From Eledone cirrhosa (taxonomy: Eukaryota): a stretch of DNA of 64,000 bases. The notes under the pieces were generated by a model. That model did not search any database and was not told where the DNA came from. It saw only the letters and a program-made list of their open reading frames with translations. This document shows, piece after piece, positions 51,700 through 64,000 of the stretch (the stretch's first letter is position 1; each line of letters starts with the position of its first letter). The position numbers and the translations under genes were made by a program. The stretch is from positions 12,786 through 76,785 of the forward strand of contig CAXHJY010000287.1 of the NCBI GenBank assembly GCA_964016885.1, written 5' to 3'.

Positions 51700-51920
51700 T
51701 CTAGTCCTTCGCTCAAGATTAATCTATAAGTTTAGATGTTTGCCTTCGTTTAAGTAAATATTACAGTAAGATTTTTAATATAAACAACTGCAAAAAACAA
51801 TTAATATTAAAACGAAAAAATTATCAATGATAAAAGAAGCGGATGCAACTTTTTTTTTTATAAAGTTATATTCCTGTTTCTTTAAAGAACATTTCATTTT
51901 TGTTCTATTGTAGGCGAAAT

Positions 51921-52109
51921 AATTGTTTCTACTTTAGGCACAAGGCCAGCAAATTACCCAGTACATTACTGGTACTTTATTTTATCGACCCCGTAAGGAT
52001 GAAAGGCAAAGTTAACCTCGGCGGGATTTGAACTCAGACTGTAAAGGGACGTAACTATGCTAGAAAGCATGGCGTCCAACCCTCTACCGATACTGCCAAT
52101 TCACCGCCC
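51921..52109 (-). mobile_element. Full-length SINE family A with 15-bp TSD
   Basis: TSD TGTAGGCGAAATAAT at 51909 and 52110; A and B boxes on the minus strand. Confidence 0.93.
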
Positions 52110-52256
52110 TGTAGGCGAAATAATGCAATGGTTTAATAGGGAAGATATAACTTACGAATTATGTCTCTAACCGTGTAACGCTTTTTAAGTAGATAACTAC
52201 AATTGAAAATACTAAAGAAATGGAACCAACAATTCAATTTGAAAGTCGTCTAGTGA

Positions 52257-52308
52257 CAGTGTATTACTGGTACTTTATTTTATCGACCCCGTAACGATGA
52301 AAGGCAAA
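52257..52308 (-). mobile_element. SINE family A internal fragment
   Basis: Near-exact match to 51958-52010. Confidence 0.8.
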
Positions 52309-53666
52309 AATGCAAATGCTTAAAATTTAAATTGCCTTAATTCTATCGTCTGCTGTTTCATTAAAGGGAGATTATCGTCTGTATTTAATTCTATCGTCTA
52401 CTGTTCCACTAAACAGATATACCTCCACTATCGTCTCTATTTATACATTTTAACTTATAACTTATACACATTTGATTTGAAATATTTTATCTAGTCCCCC
52501 CTCTCAATATTATGATGATTTCTTTCGAATGAAACAGTTCTAGTCCTGTAGAAGCCATTTATATATATAATTGAACTGAGTTAAAAATTCACAATATTTA
52601 TAATTAAATAAGCTCATATATATATGTGTGTATTTATCTGTTTATTGTATTATATATGTGTGTATATACAGGATGTCCCCCAAAAATATATACACACTTC
52701 AACAGCATTCTAATAACTATTGCCTGTACAGGTAATCAAAGTGTCAATCGAATGTTAGTTTCGTGTTTTAACAGTACAAATTTACAATACACACATAAAA
52801 CCAGTGTATATACATACATGAGTGTGTATACACATACATGAATGTGTATATACAATATATATGTATATATATATATAGACACATGTATTCACGGTGCAAC
52901 GGTACATTAAAATATAGATGCGGGAGAGGGGGTGTATATATAGGGGCGCTGGGGATAAAGGAGTGTAAAGCGTGTGTAATTGATATATTGAAGGAGAGGA
53001 GCGTGCAGCGATAGAGTAACAAATATATAGAGAGGGGGAGAGATGGTATTGAAGGGGAGGAGTGCAAAGCGAAAGAGTAAGAGATATAAATAGAGACGGA
53101 ACAGATAGAGAGAAACAGGCGTAAGTAACAGTGGAAGAGATATAGAGAGAGGTACTCTGATTGGTTGAAAATTAGCCAATCACATACGATCACCACCACG
53201 GCTATCCCCGAAAAATTTTTAAAGAAGCTAGGCATATATGTTAGAACACGAAAAGTGAACATTCTGTGTTTCACACTTTTCGTGTTCTAACAGATAAACG
53301 TATATAAATAAATAAATACGTATATAACAAGCGCACACACATACCTACATGTAAATAGACAAATCTTCGGAGACGTACGTCTATCAAAACATGAAGTACA
53401 CATATACACACGCCCTACATACGTACGAACCCGCATACTCACACAGACGCAAAACTCCCGTATACACATAACCAAACCATATGTACCAGAATATATAAAA
53501 GTATACGACATAACATATACAATCAAATATACGTACGAGAAAGGATACGTGCCTTCATAAAACCATACAGGTAATATATACTTACCTATGCAAATAAGTA
53601 ATGGTATAAAAATAACATATACTAAGCTACCACATCAAGACGTAAAATATCCACGTATAGATCGTA

Positions 53667-55005
53667 CTATGCGTTAGGGTATAATGTGGGGCTGTAATAC
53701 AGGTAAGTTTTGTGTAATTTATGTTTACAAGCCGAAATTGCCTCAGATTTTTTGTTTAAGATGTGGTCTGTGGCGTAGAGTATTTCCAGGACCTCAGCGG
53801 CGCAGAGGTCACATGGTCTTTTATTTCCATTATACGATCTAGCCATAGCTAGGATCTCCCAGTGTAAAGTATATCGGGTGTGGTTGTCTTTTAGACTCCA
53901 GATATAAGCTGAAAGTGACGTCATATTCCTTCTTAGATGGTAACAAAAGAATGGGTATGCATGTAAAGACGCTGCTTGAATCTATTGGCGGTTAACCATA
54001 TGTAGGCCCTACGGGACGTGGGTGATTCAACCTTACATTTCTAGACAATGTTACTACAGAGGCATTTCCCGGATAGGGGACAATCAACCAGATTCCTACA
54101 ATTACAGTTAGTACTAACTACAGGGTTGCACGTGTTCTAACGGCTAGGTAGTTTAGCTAAATTTGAAGCCGTGATGTTATGTGCAAGGTTAGGAGTCGTA
54201 GAGTAAGACATTTTAATAGTATTTCTATTAAAAAATGTACTATATTTATGTGTAGGGGGGAAATGCTTCGTAATAAGGGATAGAAAGATCTTAGCTAATG
54301 GTGTGGCCACCTCCATAATATATGGTGGGTTATACCAACAAATGCGACGGGATCTATTTCTTCTAGGTCTATTTTCGTACTCTGTATATGCTACCTTATC
54401 GACAAATCCACTCCGAGCAATAGCTTCATTGCAATAAGTGGAATGGTCGTTGAGAATATGCTCGTTAGTAGATAGACGGGAAAGCCTCAACGAAACGTTT
54501 CTTACCAGGTCTTGGTTATGCTGGCAGCATGGTTGGAATGCTTACTTGTGTAATTAAGCGTACCATTCGGCTTTCTATTGGATAAATTGAAGGTAACGTC
54601 GAGGTAATTAACGACTGTGAGATTGGCCTCAACCTATATAGAGAGGTTGAAGCCTTTAAAGAAGGCTGTGAGTTCTTTTCTGAACGTGCGTGTCGCAAGC
54701 ACGAGGTCTGCACTTAGTCATGGTCAAAAGACCATCATCACGGTACAAACCACCGCCCGGGTTGGGGAATTCGTCCTTGATAGAGAAAAGAAAGAAACGG
54801 CTGATAAGATCAGTAACCTCCGCAGAATCGCTGGCGCCCATACTCACGTCGAATAGGGTACTATTGGATGTTTTAACCAAATAGATTCGTCGAAATTAAT
54901 AACCGACTAATGGGCATTGAGCATGACATCAACTTCGAAATCCATAACCACTGTGAGTGTTTTAGCGAAATTGATAGCTCTAAGGAGAAGTGGTAAAGTG
55001 ATGGA
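53667..55005 (-). pseudogene. 5'-truncated, disrupted Penelope-like element: RT C-terminal half, linker and GIY-YIG (Naiad-like motif pattern)
   Basis: SITLPLLLRAINFA, FDVSMGASDSAEV, GLYRDDGL, WYNPPY..KHFP..FNRNTIKMSYS, CNCRNLVDCPLSGKCL..IV*..YIW, TSLSAYIWSLK..W..CDLC..LNKKSE..CKH; stops and frameshifts. Clade label is from recall only. Confidence 0.9.
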
Positions 55006-55460
55006 ACTCTGAAGCGGAGATTCATTCCGTTTCCTAGTTAGAATCTTAGTCTACGACTTCAGCTATACCATTTACGTGCAATTGTTCTCCAACCACCTAA
55101 GAGAACATTAGTCTACGACCTCTTTTATACCATAAACGTGGTTCTGTCTTTGCGCGTAATTGTTTATCACCGCTTCTATTAATGACGTATTATGTTCGTT
55201 TTTTCCCGTTATTTGCCAGGGAACGTTTCCACGAACCAAAGTATCGTCTTCCTCCGGTTGCAGCGTTTTTTTTTAAATATCCACTTCTGCGTTTACAGAT
55301 TGACTTTGTTAGTTTCAGAAAATCCCGTTAAGGGTGAAAGCAGCGATTCTTTGCTTAAACTTTAATCTGTTATTTTAATAAATATTTGCTCTACGGTTCT
55401 TATAAATTTGATATATATTTATCCTCATCGAGCCCTCTTTGGATTTTAGTCTTCAAATTT
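55005..55460 (+). mobile_element. Hammerhead-bearing repeat, copy 2, fused in inverted orientation to the truncated 5' end of the Penelope-like element
   Basis: Reverse complement of 48915-49370 with two internal deletions; motif at 55311-55361 has core CAGAAAA (further decayed). Confidence 0.8.
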
Positions 55461-55474
55461 ATTATTATTATTAC

Positions 55475-58514
<3,040 letters not shown>

Positions 58515-58707
58515 ATAGGAACCAGTAAGACCCCGACAGCTGAGCTCAAGCCGTTTCGACGGCTAATTCTGTCCAGAATTAGCCGTCGAAACGGCTTGAG
58601 CTCAGCTGTCGGGGTCTTACTGGTTCCTATTACCCACTCTACTACCTCAAGTATTGAGTACTTTGGTGCGTTATGGTCCACCTGGTTCCTTACCACATTT
58701 CCTTCGT

Positions 58708-58708
<1 letters not shown>
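58515..58708. mobile_element. Fold-back island: perfect 57-bp inverted repeat containing the 3' half of a hammerhead, plus an ~78-bp unique tail
   Basis: 58515-58571 / 58574-58630, 2-nt spacer; right arm reads GAAA-CGGCT..AGCTG-TC-GGGGT; no CTGANGA present. Confidence 0.75.
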
Positions 58709-59400
<692 letters not shown>

Positions 59401-60007
59401 ATGGTGGCTGCCAACTCGTTTTCGAGTACGGCCACTACTTTATATCCATGTAGGAGAACCCCTACTGATGCGCTGAACGAGTGTGACTTTTTAGTCCAGC
59501 CAGCGACTTGAAAGCTCTGGTACAAACACTACACTTGTGACAATTATTGACACATAGTGCTGGGCCCATGGTACCATGTGACGACAAATGCAGAGAGATC
59601 TCCAGATATAAAGCAATGCCTGTGCCGTGAAGCTTTTATAGTGAGCAAAGGCACTGCACAAAGCCAGTCCCACTCTCTTAACCAAGATGATATTTACCAA
59701 AAAGAAGAACAAGTCAACATCATTGGATACCATCAGGGTTGCAGGTGTTATATCAGAGTTTTCCTTCTCCTAGAATTCTGCCTTGACAAAGGCTAAGGGG
59801 TCATCTCTCCCGGTGATTTTGGATGGCCATTGACTCTTAAGAGCTCCTTTGCCTTTTGACAGGTTTTGTTTTTAGTCCTGCAGGATGTCCAAAGTCACCC
59901 TCCTCACCAAGAAACCTTGGTGGGGTTGCCAGTTTAGTCGCCAACGACCCGACCATGGGACAGGTTGTACTGGAATACATGTTACCAGTAGCACCAACTG
60001 GTGACCT
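59401..60007 (-). mobile_element. RTE-derived element, copy 6 (near full length)
   Basis: Reverse complement of the cluster copies; shares three diagnostic 3'-half variants with copy 3. Confidence 0.9.
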
Positions 60008-60022
60008 ATATTATATATATAT

Positions 60023-60054
<32 letters not shown>

Positions 60055-60071
60055 TATATATATATATATAT

Positions 60072-60132
<61 letters not shown>

Positions 60133-60148
60133 ATATATATATTATATA

Positions 60149-60193
<45 letters not shown>

Positions 60194-60349
60194 TATATAT
60201 ATATATATATTATATATATATATATTATATATATATTATATATATATATATATATTATATATATATATATTATATATATATTATATATATATATATATAT
60301 TATATATATATATATTATATATATATTATATATATATTATATATATATA

Positions 60350-60394
<45 letters not shown>

Positions 60395-60527
60395 ATATAT
60401 TATATATATATATATATTATATATATATATATATATTATATATATTATATATATATATATATATGTTATATATATTATATATATATATATATATGTTATA
60501 TATATTATATATATATATATATATATG

Positions 60528-60562
<35 letters not shown>

Positions 60563-61107
60563 ATATATATATATATATATGTTATATATATATATATATA
60601 TTATATATATATATATATGTTATATATATATATATATGTTATATATTATATATATATATATTATATATATATATATATATGTTATATATATATATATATA
60701 TTATATATATATATATATGTTATATATATATATATATATGTTATATATATATATATATATATATATGTTATATATATATATATATATTATATATATATAT
60801 ATTATATATATATATATATATTATATATATATATATGTTATATATTATATATATATATATTATATATATATATATATGTTATATATATATATATATATGT
60901 TATATATATATATATATTATATATATATATATATGTTATATATATATATATATATGTTATATATATATATATATTATATATATATATATATATTATATAT
61001 ATATATATATATTATATATATATATATATATTATATATATATATATATATTATATATATATATATATATTATATATATATATATATATTATATATATATA
61101 TATATAT

Positions 61108-61139
<32 letters not shown>

Positions 61140-61464
61140 ATATATATTATATATATATATATATATGTTATATATATATATATATGTTATATATATATAT
61201 ATATATTATATATATATATATATATTATATATATATATATATATGTTATATATATATATATATATTATATATATATATATATATTATATATATATATATA
61301 TATTATATATATATATATATATGTTATATATATATATATATATATATATATGTTATATATATATATATATATTATATATATGTTATATATTATATATATA
61401 TATGTTATATATTATATATATATATGTTATATATTATATATATATATGTTATATATATATATAT
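60008..61464. repeat. (TA)nT / (TA)nTGT array
   Basis: Direct inspection. Confidence 0.97.
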
Positions 61465-63525
61465 TACTCTTTTACTCTTTTACCTGTTTCAGCCATCCGG
61501 CTGAGGCCATGCTGGGGCACCGCCCTTGTTGCTACACATTTATCTCCAGCCTGTATAGGTTGGCCACTGGTGTAGGAGGGAGTTTGTTGCTGCTGCCCTT
61601 AGGTTTCCCTCGTGTCTTGCTGTGGGCTCATCCGGGATCCTGGATAACAAGGTGTCGAGATGTTTCTTAAAGACATCCACCTCCACGTCATGCAAGTCTC
61701 GCAGATGCCTCGGCAGCCTGTTGAAGAGTTGAGGGCCCTTGAATCCCAGGCTATTGCAATACCTGCTCCTTATTCTAGATGTGGAAGACGGGACCTTTGG
61801 CACCACACAGTGACGTCCTGTTCGACGGTTGGTCCAGCTCCCAATGCCAAAGTTTGGTGCTAGTCCCTCCAGGATTTTCCACATGTAGATCACTGCGTAT
61901 CTCTCCCGTCTTCGCTCCAAGGAGTAGAGGTTCAGTTCCTTCAGCCTCTCCCAGTAGCTTGTCTCCCTCATCTTGGCAATCCTCTTGGTGTAGCTTCGCT
62001 GGATTGCCTCAAGCTCTGTGGTTAGTTTGACACTATGGGGTGACCACAGCTGGGAGCAGTAGTCCAGGCGGCTTAGGACAAAAGTCCTCCACAGTGTCAA
62101 CATGGTGTCTCGATCTCTTGTAAGGAAAGTCCTCAAGATCCAGCCAGCGAATCGTCTACATGCTGTCGCCACCTTCATGATGTGTGAAGAAAAAGATGCA
62201 TCATCGCTCATGTCTATGCCCAGGTCTCGTATCGATTTTGACACGGGGATATCGGTCCCTCCTGGTCCTGTGTAGCTGTGTTCCGCTATATTTGTGTTTG
62301 TGTTTGCAGGTTTGTATTGTAGGGCTTGAAATTTGCCAGCATTAAACTGCATGTTGTTTTCTTCCGCCCATCTGTATATGGCATCCAGATCCTGCTGTAA
62401 GAGGGCAGCGTCAGCCGGGTTTTTGATTGCCTGTGCTACCTTAGTGTCATCAGCATAGCTAGTGAGGGATGTTGTTGCATGCACCACAGAGGGCATGTCC
62501 GAGAGAGCCACCAAAAACAGTAGTGGTCCCAGGACTGTCCCCTGAGGCACCCCACTTGTTATCGGTGTTTCCCTCGAGAGGGCCCCATTTGCTGCGACTG
62601 CCTGGCTTCTGTCCCTCAGGAAGCCATGCAGCCACTCACCTACTTTTCCAGTTATGCCGAGTCCGTGTAGTTTGTGACATATCATTCCGTGGTCGACCTT
62701 GTCAAAGGCCTTCGCAAAGTCAAGATATATCACGTCTACATGTGAGCTGTCTAGTAGCTGTCTCAGTACCCAGTCGTAGTGATGTAGCAGCTGTGTAAGG
62801 CAGCTTCTTCCTGGGCGGAAGCCATGTTGCGTGCTAGTCAGGCGGTCATTTTCTTCGAGGAAAGTGATTAGTTTCTTTCTGATGACTCGCTCCATGACCT
62901 TACTGATATGCGACGTCAGGGAGACTGGCCTATAGTTCTTGGCCTCCGCTCTACTACCTCCTTTATGGATAGGGCATATTGTGCCTTCTTTCAGCTCCCT
63001 GGGTAGTACACCGCTAGCCAAGGAGCTTCTGAAGAGCATCTTCAGTGGAGTTGCTAAGGTCCGCTTACATATTTTTAGGAGAACTGCTGGGAATCCATCA
63101 GGTCCAGCAGCCGAGTCTGTTCTAATTTCATCAATGGCGTACACCACATCCTCCTCCGTTATGTCTATGTGGTTGATGGTTGCCATTTCTTGATGTAGTG
63201 TTGTGGCATCAAAGAACTCCTCTGGCTTCGTTATTTGCATGTGCCTCAGTGGACATGTGAAGACACTTTTGTACTGTTCGTTCAGTATTTCACATATCTC
63301 TTGGGATTTTCGGTTAATGAACCGTCCGTGTGGAAGAGTGGTCCAATCTTGCAGTGTACTGAGGCAGTTTCTTTTACAAATTTAAAGAAGGCCTTAGGGT
63401 TTGTTTTAATGTTTTCTATGGCCCTGTTCTCTTTCCTTGCCCTCTCATTCTCATGTGAAAGCTTGAGTGCAATCTCGGTGTCAAGTAGTGCACGTTTCAA
63501 ATAGGATTCCTTCTTGTTTTGGTTT
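61465..63525 (-). mobile_element. 5'-truncated CR1/L2-group LINE (2.06 kb)
   Basis: RT ORF, short 3' UTR with stem-loop CAGCC/GGCTG and tail (GTAAAAGA)x2-GTA; no endonuclease domain in this copy; 1-nt deletion at ~63300 splits ..TENPK from EICEILNEQYKSVFT..; (TA)n on both sides. Confidence 0.93.
61540..63240 (-). CDS. Non-LTR reverse transcriptase (C-terminal 566 aa of ORF2, open frame; unlikely to be autonomously functional)
   Basis: SAAGPDG, NYRPVSLTS, QHGFRPGRSC, YLDFAKAFDKVDH, GVPQGTVLGPLLF, YADDTK, RDLGI, RLDYCSQLWSP, LYSLERRRERY. Confidence 0.9.
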   Translation of the reverse strand: MQITKPEEFFDATTLHQEMATINHIDITEEDVVYAIDEIRTDSAAGPDGFPAVLLKICKRTLATPLKMLFRSSLASGVLPRELKEGTICPIHKGGSRAEAKNYRPVSLTSHISKVMERVIRKKLITFLEENDRLTSTQHGFRPGRSCLTQLLHHYDWVLRQLLDSSHVDVIYLDFAKAFDKVDHGMICHKLHGLGITGKVGEWLHGFLRDRSQAVAANGALSRETPITSGVPQGTVLGPLLFLVALSDMPSVVHATTSLTSYADDTKVAQAIKNPADAALLQQDLDAIYRWAEENNMQFNAGKFQALQYKPANTNTNIAEHSYTGPGGTDIPVSKSIRDLGIDMSDDASFSSHIMKVATACRRFAGWILRTFLTRDRDTMLTLWRTFVLSRLDYCSQLWSPHSVKLTTELEAIQRSYTKRIAKMRETSYWERLKELNLYSLERRRERYAVIYMWKILEGLAPNFGIGSWTNRRTGRHCVVPKVPSSTSRIRSRYCNSLGFKGPQLFNRLPRHLRDLHDVEVDVFKKHLDTLLSRIPDEPTARHEGNLRAAATNSLLHQWPTYTGWR

Positions 63526-63914
63526 ATATATATATATATTATATTATATATATATATATTATATTATATATATTATATATATATTATATATATATATATT
63601 ATATATATATATATTATATATATATATATATATATATGTTATATATATATATATATGTTATGTTATATATATATATATATGTTATATATATATATATATA
63701 TATATGTTATATATATATATATATATGTTATATATATATATATATATGTTATATATATATATATGTTATATATATATATATGTTATATATATATATATAT
63801 GTTATATATATATATATATATGTTATATATATATATATATATGTTATATATATATATATATATGTTATATATATATATATATATGTTATATATATATATT
63901 ATATATGTTATATA

Positions 63915-63962
<48 letters not shown>
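63526..63962. repeat. (TA)nTGT array
   Basis: Direct inspection. Confidence 0.97.
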
Positions 63963-63966
<4 letters not shown>

Positions 63967-64000
63967 ATTAGAATACTGGAGCGTGTTTGAGTCAAACACC

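Noticed and set aside
53236-53292. 19-bp perfect hairpin downstream of the Penelope-like ORF
   Set aside because: A real inverted repeat, but with no hammerhead core or other assignable function; likely part of the element's UTR.

Overview
Eukaryotic, very AT-rich, gene-poor DNA. The tRNA-derived SINE families look octopod (cephalopod) from memory, which is unverified. Roughly 40-45% of the window (estimated by eye) is kilobase-scale interrupted (TA)n microsatellite, so nearly all long ORFs in the track (poly-YI/YM/CV) are artefacts. No intact host gene is visible. The non-satellite islands are mostly retroelements inserted in microsatellite: a 5'-truncated CR1/L2-group LINE with an open 566-aa RT frame, a 3' fragment of a second family of that group, a Tx1/L1-type 3' end in (GATA)n, three decayed Penelope-like (GIY-YIG) elements, six copies of a ~610-bp non-autonomous RTE-derived element that carries a 35-codon C2H2 zinc-finger frame, about 12 SINE copies and two nested MITEs. 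The most notable signal is a dense set of type I hammerhead ribozyme motifs. They include a 312-bp tandem-plus-inverted and a 426-bp 1.5-mer retrozyme-like repeat, several with non-canonical cores. Three unrelated insertions also share a fold-back architecture with both 3' ends pointing outward. All structures were read by eye; none was folded or searched computationally.
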